Assembly (NCBI RefSeq): GCF_006345805.1
Contig: NC_043015.1
Coordinates: forward strand, 30,690,001 to 30,754,000
Length of the DNA: 64,000 bases
From: Octopus sinensis
Lineage: Eukaryota
Reading direction: 5' to 3'
In this document: positions 28,464 to 42,644 of the stretch, in pieces
Layout of the letters: every line of letters begins with the position of its first letter
Position numbering within the stretch: the stretch's first letter is position 1
Program-made: the position numbers and the translations under genes
The notes under the pieces: model-generated
What the model saw: the letters and a program-made list of their open reading frames with translations, nothing else
The model's database searches: none
Told to the model about the DNA's origin: nothing

Positions 28464-31400
28464 AAGAGCAATAAAGATTCAAGTTAATTTAAATGAATTT
28501 ACTTGAATATGGTACCTAACTTAGATGCACCAAAAAAAACTATACTGATTTAACAATACAGTAATGTGGGGTGATTATAAGCGAGAAAGAAGCAACAAGA
28601 ATGGATAGGTTTTTAGTACGATCGTTTCATACAAGGACAGGTTTTATTAAAAGTTGCAAAGATTACAGCATATAAACGAGTCCCGTACTCATCAGCTAAA
28701 ATACATGTGAGTTCTCTAGACATCCTAGTGTTTGAGGCTATACTCATGAAGTAATGTAGATAATTAATTAACATAAACAGATTTCTAAAGTTCATTAAAG
28801 TTCTTTAAAGATGATGTACAGTCTTATCACAGAATTTTAAAAAAGTTTTGATAGCATCACAGAGAAGGTGACCTAATCCATATGAATTTCCATAGATATG
28901 ATGAGGGATTATATACTCACAGAAGACAAATTTATCCATTGTTAATTACAACGAGGTGGGTCTCAATTCCTGCTTATTAGCATTACAGAGAGGGTGAATT
29001 ACTCCTTTGTATAGATGCACAAATTCCAATGGTGTAGATGTAAATTTCCAGAGAAATGGAGATGAATTTCATATTCACAGGCGATAAATTTTTCAATGGT
29101 TGAACACAATGAGGTAGGTATCAATCCTTGTTATATGATTAGGTATTTGCCATATTAATCACATTACTGCTATTCACAAGAGGCTGTAGCTATTTAACTC
29201 TTAAAGGCTGAAGGGCTTTCTAGAGCGGCCAAGAATAGAGAAGGGAATAGAAGAAAAGAGACAAAATAATGGAGGAGGGAGCAAAAAAGGGGGGGGGAAG
29301 GGGGACTAAAAGAGAAGAGAAAAGGAAACAGAGAATAAGAAGAAGAAAAAGAAAAAAGAGAAAAGAGAAAGAAATAGGGAAAGAAGGGAAAAAAAGAAAA
29401 AGAAAAAAAGAGGGTTCTAGTTATACAGAAGAGTTAGTAGACTGCAAGTCTGGTTTTAATCAACAGGCATCTAGGAACTAGAGGAGAATGTTATTCTTTG
29501 ACCAGTAAACCGTTAATTTATTGCTGTTGAAATCAGCTATGAGTTTAAAGAGAATCTAAAGAGATAACACAGTCAGGGGTTAAGGGGTCAGATGCTAAAA
29601 TCATCAGAAAATACATTAGGAAAATCTAAGTATAATCTTATCAAAAAGTCATTAAAAATTTACTTATTTATTTATTCATTTTATTGTCTTAAGGAGTTGT
29701 CGTTATTATTCATACATTGACTGACTACAGGTCAAATCTTATAAGATCATTTACAAGGTGTTAGGGGATTGTCTATCATAATGAAGATAATCATATTATC
29801 ACCGAGGGAATAGCCTTATTTATTTAATTTTGAAATAGAATTATGGGGCTACAGTAACTCATTATAATTTATTAGAGTTATGCTACTTAAATTAGATTAA
29901 GTTAGGGATTAAAATTAAATATTACAATTAAGATTTAAAATTAAGAATTTAAAAATTGTGAGTTTGAAATTAAATAAAGCCTCAATTAAGTAGCGAATAA
30001 GTACTATTCATTTCCCTGTTCTCAAAAAACTGATGCAGATATAAGGAAAAAGATAACTGTAATGTGAGAACTCTTAGTTATCTACTTAAAGCAGTGCTAT
30101 ACTAGTAGAAATCAAGTTATATCTATCTATCTAGTTACGAATATTCCAATCATTTAAAATATTTTAAAGTCTTCAATTTAGCGTGGACACAAACTTGACC
30201 TAGTTCGATATGGTTATTCAATAAGTTTCCATGTTTACTATGCTTTAGAATTTCGTACGTCTCCATGGAGCATAGTTGACAACCAACCCTACTATTTTTA
30301 TACGGAATTGCTCTCCTAACTATTTCCCAATTAAGGGTATAATTTTTATTATTATTTTTGAGTTCCCAGATTTTGTTTGAAAGTGTGGTGGTACCAGCTT
30401 TATGACGTAATTTAAAAGTCGAGATGTGATTTCTAACTCTGGCTAAAAAATTAATTGTACAGCCAATGTAAAAATATTTGTTATTCTCCGTGGATATGGT
30501 ACATTTATAGATTACATTATTTTCCCTACATAGACCAGGTGCCGGGCATTTTGATTTTATTCTACACTTACACACAGGAGGAACAACTTCAGGCCTTGGA
30601 TTATTCCTGGGTAGATGTTTTAGGTTCCTATTATTTTGATTATCATTTCTATAGTTGGTGCTGATATCTAAAGTATTGCTATTATTTATTGATCCTTCTG
30701 TTTCATCATTTAGGTGTAAAGAATAACATTCTCCTCTAGTTCCTAGATGCCTGTTGATTAAAACCAGACTTGCAGTCTACTAACTCTTCTGTATAACTAG
30801 AACCCTCTTTTTTTTCTTTTTCTTTTTTTCCCTTCTTTCCCTATTTCTTTCTCTTTTCTCTTTTTTCTTTTCTTCTTCTTATTCTCTGTTTCCTTTTCTC
30901 TTCTCTTTTAGTCCCCCTTCCCCCCCCCCTTTTTTGCTCCCTCCTCCATTATTTTCTCTTTTCTTCTATTCCCTTCTCTATTCTGGCCGCTCTAGAAAGC
31001 CCTTCAGCCTTTAAGAGTTAAATAGCTACAGCCTCTTGTGAATAGCAGTAATGTGATTAATATGGCAAATACCTAATCATATAACAAGGATTGATACCTA
31101 CCTCATTGTGTTCAACCATTGAAAAATTTATCGCCTGTGAATATGAAATTCATCTCCATTTCTCTGGAAATTTACATCTACACCATTGGAATTTGTGCAT
31201 CTATACAAAGGAGTAATTCACCCTCTCTGTAATGCTAATAAGCAGGAATTGAGACCACCTCGTTGTAATTAACAATGGATAAATTTGTCTTCTGTGAGTA
31301 TATAATCCCTCATCATATCTATGGAAATTCATATGGATTAGGTCACCTTCTCTGTGATGCTATCAAAACTTTTTTAAAATTCTGTGATAAGACTGTACAT

Positions 31401-31630
31401 CATCTTTAAAGAACTTTAATGAACTTTAGAAATCTGTTTATGTTAATTAATTATCTACATTACTTCATGAGTATAGCCTCAAACACTAGGATGTCTAGAG
31501 AACTCACATGTATTTTAGCTGATGAGTACGGGACTCGTTTATATGCTGTAATCTTTGCAACTTTTAATAAAACCTGTCCTTGTATGAAACGATCGTACTA
31601 AAAACCTATCCATTCTTGTTGCTTCTTTCT

Positions 31631-31668
<38 letters not shown>

Positions 31669-34600
31669 GATGTATATGTAATATGTGCACATATATACAT
31701 GCATACATATATTTATACATATATATATACATGCATATATGCATATATATATATATAATATATATATATATATACACACACAATACACATACACACATAT
31801 ACATGTATGTATATGTGCATATTCATATCTATTATATAAAAGTCTTTATGTGTGTTCGTGTGTTACTTATAGATTCAAAAACTGCTGCCCTTTAACTAAG
31901 AACCAATCACGTATACATACATATATAAGAAAAATGGTTTGAATATCCAGGCACATACTTTATAAGCACTCTGTAGGAGTCAAACTTGGCTGGCCAAGAT
32001 TGACCAGTGAAAGTCATTGCAGTCCATGTCACCCTTAAAATTGCATAGCATTGCCTGTCCATGTTTCGATTCAGTCCTTTAATCAAATAGATTGGATCCC
32101 GAAGATTGTATCTAAATTGCTCTGGCATCAAAATGCCCCAATTTGGATGCAATTGTGACAAAAATTAAACATCATTTCTCCATAACCTGAAGTAAAAAAA
32201 TTTCTAGAAAATTCCTTTTGTTTCATAATGAGGATATTAATTTATTTTATACATTTTATATCTACAAGTGTATTCTCCATATAAATAGATTTAATAAACC
32301 TTTTGAATTCAAAGAATCTATGATTTTTTTTCCTTTCAAATTTTGGGGTAATTGGTTGAAGAAGCTCCCTGATCCTTACACTAGTGCTAATATCATGATA
32401 GAAGCACCTAGTACACTCTGTAAGTGGTTAGCTAACGGGATCAAGCAGCACTACTGCAGAGCTTGAGTTGACTCTTTAGTCTTGCTGAAGGCAAGACAAC
32501 CCCTATAGTGCTGGTGCTACAGAAAAAATATACTCGGTTCACTTTGGAATAATATTCCATTTAATAATGTGGAATTATTAAATGTGGAACACAAAGAAGT
32601 GACTTTGATCTTGAGTAAGTATGGTGAAAACTCAGATATCAAAATAAAATCAGTTTAAATATTAACTATATCTAAATTTTACAGATTCTACAGATAAATT
32701 CACTTCAATTTACCATGATCTTCTCTTTAATTTTATTTAGGTGGCCTGCCAAGCAAACCAACCTGAGATTATTTCTGACCTCTTACAAATTGCTAAATAT
32801 GATCCTCATGAAAGATGTGTAGTGTCGGGATTATATCCACTACATGAAGTGGCACAAAAGGGTTATCATAAATGTGTACAGGTACGTATATAAAGGTGTG
32901 CATGTGTGTGTGTGTAATTAGTTTGTTTGTTTTTTTAAATTGCTAAATATGGCTCTCATAAAAGATCATATATAAATAAGATATTTCAACAAGCTATTAC
33001 AACATATATATATATATATATGTATATAGGGAGAGTTTACGGAAAAAACAAAAGACGAAGACAGGTGGTGTACAAAAACAGATGTATTAGTATAATGCTC
33101 AGGAATAGAAAAAGTCTTTTATGTTTCGAGCCTACGCTCTTCTACAGAAAGGGACACAGAAAAAACAAGGAGAGAAAAAAAATGTGTGTAGTGGCTTTAA
33201 TAGCCAAATAGTGAAGATTTTACTGTAAAAAGGGGACTCACTTCATTACTTGTTACTCATCAGTAAATTATACTAAAAACTTTCCAAATTATATTAATTT
33301 ATTAAAAACATGCATTAACCTAGATCCTATTTTTTGTGTAGACTGACAAATATTTTTGTTATGCCAAACAGCATACATTGCAATTAGCAAGATTATTAAT
33401 AGCAAACATATTTAGGGTGAGTTTAATAAAATTATATCAATGGGGCAGGAGTGGCTGTGTAGTAAGTAGCTTGCTTACCAACCACAGTCTCATCAGTCTG
33501 TGAAGCCCTGAGAAGGACTGGGTAGGCAGTTGCCCTGCTTCTTCTACCTGAACTATAAACAAACAAAACAAGAATTAATAAATTAATAATACTCACCAAC
33601 CCCCATCAGCACCATCACTGCTGTTGCCATCTTCACCATCTTCTGCACCTAACTGCTTTGTTTAGGTAGGAGGAATTACAACCGTGTTTCGTGGTCTGCT
33701 ACCACAACAGCTCCTTTATAGGATCCAGTTAGCTCAAGACATCATCAGGAGGAACCACGTCCGGTTTCGGCCCCTACTCCTCTACCGTTTTGATGTGGCG
33801 CCCCCCCCCCCCTTTCGGAGGTGTCTTCAGCTCTGGTGTTGGGTGCATGTCTTCTTTCTTCTTCTTTCTTCTGTTCCCTAGCCTCTTTGATGGATGTATC
33901 GTCAGCGAGTGTCAGCCAGTGACTTACTGTCTTGTCAAATTTTTCTCTTTAAATACCTATTTCTTTACTACCCACAAGGGGTTAAACACAGAGAGGACAA
34001 ACAAACGTATTAAGTCGATTACATCGATCCCAGTGCGAAACTGGTACTTTATTTATCGACCCCGAAAGGATGACAGGCAAAGTCGACCTCGGCGGAATTT
34101 GAACTCATAACGTTACGGCAGACGAATACCGCTAAGCATTTCGCCCGGCGTGCAAACATTTCTACCATCTTGCCGCCTTTCTCTTTAAATACCTGCCGCA
34201 TAGGCTCCAGTGGGTAGCCCCAGCATATGTCAATTTCGTTTTTTCCTATTTCAGTTATTTCTGCAGAATCTCTCGCCGGCATTTCCAAGAACTCAAGAAG
34301 GTCTCACACCATTAGATCTAGCAATCGAAGGCAAACACAATAAATGTATCAAACTCTTTGGTAACTATAGTTTTACTCCTTATTCTCTGTTTATTACTCC
34401 TTGTGTTTACTCCTTGTTTAACTTTCCTCACAACACTCTAGTAACCTGTGAATATCGCTGCATGCATTCATCATTTAGCTAAGCATATCATTCACCATCT
34501 TCAACAGGTATACTCTTTTTTACCTGTTTCAGTCATTTGACTGTGGTCATGCTGGAGCACCGCCTTTAGTCGAGCAAATCGACCCCGGACTTATTCTTTG

Positions 34601-37600
34601 TAATCCTAGTACTTATTCTATCGGTCTCTTTTGCCGAACCGCTAAGTTACAGGGATGTAAACACACCAGCATCGGTTGTCAAGCGATGTTGGGGGGACAA
34701 ACACAGATACACAAATACACACACATATATATATACATATACATATATACGACGGGCTTCTTTCAGTTTCCGTCTACCAAATCCACTTACAAGGCTTTGA
34801 TCGGCCCGAGGCTATAGTAGAAGACACTTGCCCAAAGTGCCACGCAGTGGGACTGAACCCGGAACCATGTGGTTGGTAAGCAAGCTACTTACCACACAGC
34901 CACTCCTATGTGTGTGTGTGTGTGTGTGTGTGAATACATGTATTTACAGTTATGTGTGCATTTATGCATGTATATATTTGTGTGTGTGTGTGTAGGTGGA
35001 TGAGCGGGTGTCTACATACATGTATTTACATTTATGCATGTATATATTTATGTATGGTGCCATGTAAAAGTACCCGTGCAGTGTCACGTAAAAGTGCCTG
35101 TACAGTGCCACGTAAAAGCGCCCATGTTGTGCCACATAAAAGCAGCCAGCATATTCTGTAAAGTGGTTGATGTTAGGAAGGGCATCCAGCTGTAGAAACC
35201 ATGCCAAATCACCCCCCCAGCTTTCCAGCTCTGGTCACACTGTCCAACCCATGCCATCATGAACAGTAGACATTAAAGGGTGATGATGATGATGATGAGG
35301 ATGATGTGAGTGTATGCATGTATGTATGTCATCATCATTATCATTTTCTCAGGCTTCCATAGGTTGGATAGGTCTTCTTCAGTACAGCTTCTCACTACCT
35401 GAAACCATTTCACTTGATGTCCATTCTTCATTCTTAATAATGTCCTCTTCACCCACATTTCACATTGATCACCTTCCTGAACCACAAATTATCTCTCCTC
35501 CTCCACAATACATCTCTCTCTCTCTCTCTCTCTCTCTTCCCTCTCTCTCCCTCCTCTCTCTTCCTCTCCCCTCTCTCTCCCTCCTCTCTCTTCCTCCTCT
35601 CTCTCCCCTTCTCTCTCTCCCCCCATATACTATGCCTGCCTCCTTCCCACATACACACTCTCTTATGACCTTCCCAACCAACCATCATCTCCCCCCACTA
35701 ACCCATGTCTCATTTGTCCCTTCCAATAATCCACCTATACATTCCTCACCTCTACATAATTTCTACAGCTGTCGCTCTACCCTACCATACATCTCTCTCT
35801 CTCTCTCTCTTACCCCATATTCTATGCCTATCTCCCCCTCCACCACATACACACATTCTTGTAACCTTCCCACCCACACATCATCTCTCCCCCACCTACC
35901 ACTCACAACCCATATGTCTCAATGGTCACTTCCAATGCCTATCTACAAATCCAATCCTCAATCTCTGCAGTTCTCACCTACTCTCCCCTACTCTTCCCTG
36001 CTTATCATCTCTCAACACTTGTTCAAAAATTATATCCACTCTGTCAGCTATTCCCCATCCCTAGACATCTCTCACTTTCCTTTACATTTTCACAATCCCT
36101 ACCCACCCACACTCTCTGTTCTCCCCCCCCCCCCGCTCATATCTACCCATGTCTTCTTTGAGGTTCCACCCAGACACCTCATGACCACATTTTTTATCTC
36201 TTTCCTACTCTACCCCAGACAGTCCTACCCTCTCTTCTAGAATGTAACTAAATGGTTCTTCTACAAGAGAAGCTGTTCTGTTCTGGCCCCTTCTCTCCTG
36301 CTTTAACTACCAGCCTCATAAATCCAATGCCCACCTGTCTACAGTAGCACAATTCACCTGAAGGAGATCTTAGTCTTGCAAGCTGCATGGTGACCTCCCC
36401 AGTATTGGTGCCATGATAAAGGGCACCTACTACACACTGTAAATTGGTTGGTGCATGGTAGGGCATCCAGCAGACATTAAGCACACAATTGAGTCCTAGA
36501 ACCTACCAGACCTTGTCAAACCATCCAACCCATGTGAGCACAAAACATGGATGCTAAATGGTGGTGGTTGCGGCGGCGGCAGTGGTGGCAGTGGTGACGA
36601 TAGTGATGCTGATGATTATGATAGTGACGATAGTGATGCTGATGATTATGATAGTGATGATGGTGGTGGTGACGATAGTGATGATGATGATGTTTCGTAA
36701 AAAAAGCAAATCTTTTGAAACATTTTTTTCTCAACAATTACCAAGAAAAAAATAAATAAAAAAAACAACAAAGAACAAAAATATTCAATTTCTTTTGATT
36801 TGGGTATTGTCTGTTATGTGTGATAAATTTATATTTTCACAGAGAAAAACGTCCCTCCCCAGGCATTAACAAAACGCGAACATTGGTTACATCCAGAACT
36901 TGAAAGACAAGTAAGCACAACATATGTTTTTTATGTATTTATTCATTTATTGATATATTTATTCTTCCAATTGAAAACTAATGTTATTTATTGATTTTGT
37001 TGTTTTGTTTTCTTTGTTTTCAAATTCCCTATTTTATTAGTTACAAATATCTTTGCCATTTTCCTCAACACCCATCCCTCCCTAAACACATGCTCCTCCT
37101 CTTTCTCTCTCTCTCTCTTACCTCTCTTTCTCATTGTACCCACCTAGCTTATTTATCTAACCATCCCTCTCTCTCTATCTTTTTTCTTACTCATTCACAC
37201 ACACACACCACTTATAAATGCATACACACACACACACACACCGCTCATAAATACATACACACACACACAAGAATTTCTGTAGGTCATATCCAAGCCAGCA
37301 CTTTTACAGTCTGGTTCTCATTTTGTCAATCTCTATTTCTTGAACTTCGAACTTATAGAACACTAGCACTATGACCTGGCAACACCGGGTCATAGTGCTA
37401 GTGCATGCATATACAGCTGCGTGCATGCGCACATACACGTGAGTACTGTCCAAATCTCCGACCAATCACATACAGCTAGATGGCATTCAATTGGCGTATC
37501 AAGTTTTGGGCATTTTGATTGGGTTTTGGATAGAAATTTCGCAAAAAAGTCACTTCTATTGATATTTTAATGGCTTTGCAGGGTGATTAGGGAAATGTAA

Positions 37601-39693
37601 AGATGTGCACAACCACCCTTGGACGGTTTTGAATGACCAAAGAAAGTGCGAGCCCTCTAACTGAAAAATTGTGGATTTGTATAAAGGACATGCACACACA
37701 CACACGCGCACAGACATTTTGCCGTTTATATATAGAGAGATAGAGATAAAGGAAGCACCATCTTCACAATACCAGTTTTTAGACCACTTTAAACATAGTA
37801 GATGGATTCAGTCTAACTGGTCAGCCAACAGCTGAGAGTGAGAGATACCTAACCTTTGTTTAGACCTGTGGTTCCCAGAGTGGGTGGTACTACCCTCAAG
37901 AGGGCAGTAGAAAGATAGGGCTGGGGGGCATTGAGAAAAGTTGGCTGATAACAGGGTGGCCAAAAAGGGGTAAAATATGCATCCAGATCTTATACTTATA
38001 TTGAACAGACAGAAAATAGCACAACTAAGCACTGTATGTGGCTGTGTGGTAAGAAGCTTGCCTTCTACTATAGCTTCAGGTCGGCCAAAGCCTTCTGAGT
38101 GGATTTGGTAGGCAGAAACTGTAAGAAGCCCGTCATATATATATGAACATATCTATATGTGTGTGTCTTTGTGTCTGTGTTTGTCCCCCACCATTGCTTG
38201 ACAACAGATGTTGGTATGTTTATGTCCCCATAACTTAGCAGTTCAGCAAAAGTGACTGATAGAATAAGTTCTTTGCTTTCAAAAAAAAAAACTAGATACT
38301 GGAGTCAATTTGTTTGACTAAAACCCTTTAACCCTTTAGTGTTCAGATTATTCTGTCAAATGTGATGTTTGTTTATTTATATTGTTTTAAATTAATCATG
38401 TATTATCTTGTAGTTTAGAGATTTCAGTGATGTGGTCTTTTTAGTTTTAGAATGACATTGTAGGGCTGAGGTGAGAGGCCAGATCAGGTTAAATATTTTG
38501 GCCAGATATGGCCGGTTTGAATGCTAAAGGGTTAAAGCAATGCCCCAGTATGGCCACTGCATGCATCCAACAAACATAGAGCTATGCAATGGAAACATTT
38601 TAATTAAAATAAGACTTGCGAATAATAATGGTATCTGGTTTAGATACAATAGGGAAAACAGTGACTAGAACATTCATTGGTTTTTGTGGAAAGCTTCCCA
38701 GCTGAATATAAATTCAATAAACACAATTCAGGCAGTATTAATTTAAGATAGTCATCTATGTATCATACTTAATGTATATACAGTGTTGATAGGCCAGTTA
38801 CTGTGGTATTTGTCCTGAGATAACATCTCTTATACATGTGCTGTGTTGAAACCACAATAAATTTTGGAAGGAGATGAAAGTTCCTCTCAGCAGTGGCTAC
38901 TGAGAACACCAGATGCATTTTTGGCTTCTTTGAACCTTTTCAATCGTGGTAATGGTAGTGGGGTGGGAGTAATGATGATGGTGATTATTATTGGTCTCTT
39001 CGACTCACCCTATTTTTGATTATCATTAATTCTAGTAATTAACTCTAATTATCTTTGAACCTTGTAAGTAAATTATTCACTTTGAGTGACTTTGGTTCCT
39101 GGAATTAATTTTCGTTATCTTAGAATCTAGTAAAGAACTTTAATGAACTTTGTTGTGGCAATTAGATTTCATTACTTTCGGTTCAGATAATTAATTTTGA
39201 CACCTCAATTAGCTTTGAATCTATTAACATTGATTGCCTTAATCTATCCTTGATTATCCTTGAGGTTCACAATAATTTCTTCCCTTTCTGCTTCTATGAA
39301 GGGTGCTGCAATTTTACTGAAACGTGGCGCTACTACACCAGGATTATTCCTCATTCGAAGAAGTAAATGGCATGAAGGATGGTATGTGATGAGCATCTAT
39401 TTTGGACACGTCTTCCATTTTGAAATACAGAACTGTGTAAGTGGAAACCTTTTTTGCTTAAACTCTATATCTGCTTACTTTCAATTCTTTCTTACTCTTT
39501 TACTCTTGTACTTGTTTCAGTCATGTGACTGTGGCCATGCTGGAGCACCGCCTTTAGTCGAGCAAATCGACCCCAGGACTTATTCTTTGTAAGCCTGGTA
39601 CTTATTGTATCGCTAAGTTACGGGGATGTAAACACACCGGCATCGGTTGTCAAGCAATGTTGGGGGATAAACACAGACACACAAACACACACG

Positions 39694-39758
<65 letters not shown>

Positions 39759-41443
39759 TATATATACGTATATACGAAGGGCTTCTTTCAGTTTCCGTCT
39801 ACAAAATCCAGACAAGGCTTTGGTCGGCCCGAGGCTATAGTAGAAGACACTTGCCCAAGGTGCCATCAGTGGGACTGAACCCGGAAAAATGTGGTTACCA
39901 CACAGTCACTCCTACGCCTATATTATTTAAATTAAATTATTTGAATTCTTCCTACAAAGAAGGAGCTAGTTTCTAACAATATGGAAAATACATCTAAAGT
40001 TATCTAAAGTTCCATCATTGGAATTTAGATAACAAAAACAATAAAATGTTTTACGTTGAACTCTTGAAAAGTCTTGCAAATTTCTTCTGCTCTACTTACA
40101 GATTGTATTTAAGTATGCTGAAGTTGGTCATACATTCTTTACTTGAAAATCCTAGATTTTTAAGATTCTTTCTTAAACATTTACTAACACACACTTGGCT
40201 ATCCTTAGACTGCTGGCTAACAATATGGTTTCATTGTCTGTTCTATTATATGTGTGCAGGAAAGCTCATCTATAGTTCTATGTGATGCTATTCTCTACAA
40301 GCCTATCATATGTCTGAGATTCGAACTCACAACCTCGCGATTGTAAGCTCAATGCTCTAACCACTGAGTCATGTGCCTTCACACACCACCGCAATTTAAA
40401 AGAAAGGACACTTCTAAAAAGGCAGGATCGTTAAGGCTAGATTGTCTTTGATCATATTTTGGCTTTCCTATCAACAACAGGAGAGTTAAACATCAACAAC
40501 AAAGATGACCAATGAGGAGCCTCTACATGGTCACTTAACCTGCAAGAAATAATAACCAAACCCCTCTCAAATCAAACATTAGCAATGTGTTGTGTTCTTG
40601 AGCAAGACACTTTATTTCACATTGCTCCAGCTCACTCAGCTGTAGAAATGAGTTGCGACATCACAGGTACCAAGCTGTATTGGCCCCTTTGCCTTTCCGT
40701 TGGATAACACTGGTGGCGTGGAGAAGGGGAGGCCGGTATGCATGGACGACTGCTGGTCTTCCATAAACAACCTTGCCCAGACTTGTGCCTGGGAGGGTAA
40801 CTTTCTAGGTGCAATCCCACGGTCATTCATGACCGAAGGGGGTCTCAGTATCATATGTGCAGGTGTCTATTCTATTTAGGTCTTTTGTTCAGTCAGAAAA
40901 TAATAAAGCGCTATCCGAATTTTTTTAGCAGACAGAAATTGGAGGAGATCTTACACTGGAAAGATGGATGCACTGAGACGTTACTGTAATCCTAGCTTCC
41001 TTTGTCAGGAAAATCTCTCATATCATGATGTGAACTGCTATCTGCCAATTTTCCTCCTGCCATCAAACCTAATCATGTTTATCTGCATCACCGTCTCTAC
41101 ATCAGCTCACTTGGATTTCTCTTATAGACACTCTTTACCCTGTGGATCTAGTCTTTGATAAAGACTTCAGAATTTAAGTTCAAAGCATTTGAGCACTATT
41201 ATATGTTTTCTATTTTAAGTATGTTTCATATAAATACATATACACATAAGTAATTATTTGAACTTTAGATATATATATCTAGAAGTATGCCGATTAGAGC
41301 ACTTTCACTGTTTGGGCTACTTGATGTCATCCACAGTTATGATATAATTGTCACTGGATCTATGTCAGGAATTCTGCAGTATTCGCTGAGTTTATAATGA
41401 GTCATTATGTATGTATATATGATTCATTATATCTATATATATA

Positions 41444-41539
<96 letters not shown>

Positions 41540-41708
41540 ACGAAAAAACAAAAGACGAAGACAGGTGGTGTACAAAACAAACAGATGTATTAGTATAACA
41601 CTCAGGAATAGAAAAAGTCTTTTACGTTTCAAGCCTACTCTCTTCTACAGGAAGAGACACTGAAAAAACAAGGAGAGAAAAAATGTGTGTAGTGGCTAAC
41701 GATCTATC

Positions 41709-41758
<50 letters not shown>

Positions 41759-42270
41759 ATTATATAGCAAGTTTTTTATTATAATTATAATTACTGGTAT
41801 CCTTATAGATTACTATATTTTATATCTTATATCTTATATATAAAGAATAATATGTATGTTATTGTAATTATCAGTTTAGTAAATAAATATAAAGTTAACA
41901 TAATTTAATGTCTAAAAGTTGATGAACCTCCCATTGTTCTCCTCCATTGTCTTATTTGCTATATAAATTAATGGTTAAATATCTCTTTACCTTCACCCAT
42001 TTTGTACACTGGGTAATGTAAGTGCATTGCAATAAAAAACACTTGTGTATTAATAATTGGGTATTCTACCAGCAGTATATTGGATAGATATTATCCCTTA
42101 GTGGGTTGGATTCACAACCCCTAACTTTCTTGGATATATATATATAGCGTAGGCTCGAAACGTTAAAGACTTGTGTTATTTATATTTCCTGAGCGCCATA
42201 CTAATACAATTGTTTGTTTGTTTTCCACCTGCCTTCGTCTTTTGTCTATTTTCATAAAGCTTCCCGTTAT

Positions 42271-42358
<88 letters not shown>

Positions 42359-42611
42359 CATACATACATATAAATACATACATATATATAAGGCGGCGAG
42401 CTGGCAGAAACGTTAGCACGCTGGGCGAAATGCCTAGCGGTATTTCGTCTGTCGTTACATTCTGAGTTCAAATTCCGCTGAGGTCGACTTTGCCTTTCAT
42501 CCTCTCGGGGTCTATAAATAAAGTACCAGTTTCGCACTGGGGTCAATGTAATTGACTTAATCCCTTTGTCTGCCCTTGTTTAGCCCCTTGTGGACGGTAA
42601 AGAAATAATAC

Positions 42612-42644
<33 letters not shown>

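Larger units (their letters stand above)
28461..31633 (-). mobile_element. Penelope-like retroelement, 5'-truncated, with inverted terminal arms
   Basis: GIY-YIG frame at 30150-30717. Near-identical inverted arms at 28581-29499 and 30718-31633. Hammerhead motif in each arm. (TA)n on both sides. No RT domain present. Confidence 0.88.

Noticed and set aside
28613-28795. Repeated 60-aa [12 protein letters not shown].. (also 31419-31601 and 44379-44561)
   Set aside because: It overlaps the hammerhead region of the repeat, has no protein features, and recurs only because the DNA is repeated.
29560-29620. Additional hammerhead at minus-strand CTGATGA (also ~33256, ~33490, ~6669 and ~9003)
   Set aside because: No correctly placed stem II, GAAA or stem I partner.
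35314-36240. 308-aa Ser/Pro/Leu-rich ORF
   Set aside because: Low-complexity C/T-rich intronic DNA with (CT)n tracts and no domain signal.
40878-40990. C-SH2 exon candidate after tatttag
   Set aside because: In-frame stops; 39436 joins cleanly to 47352.
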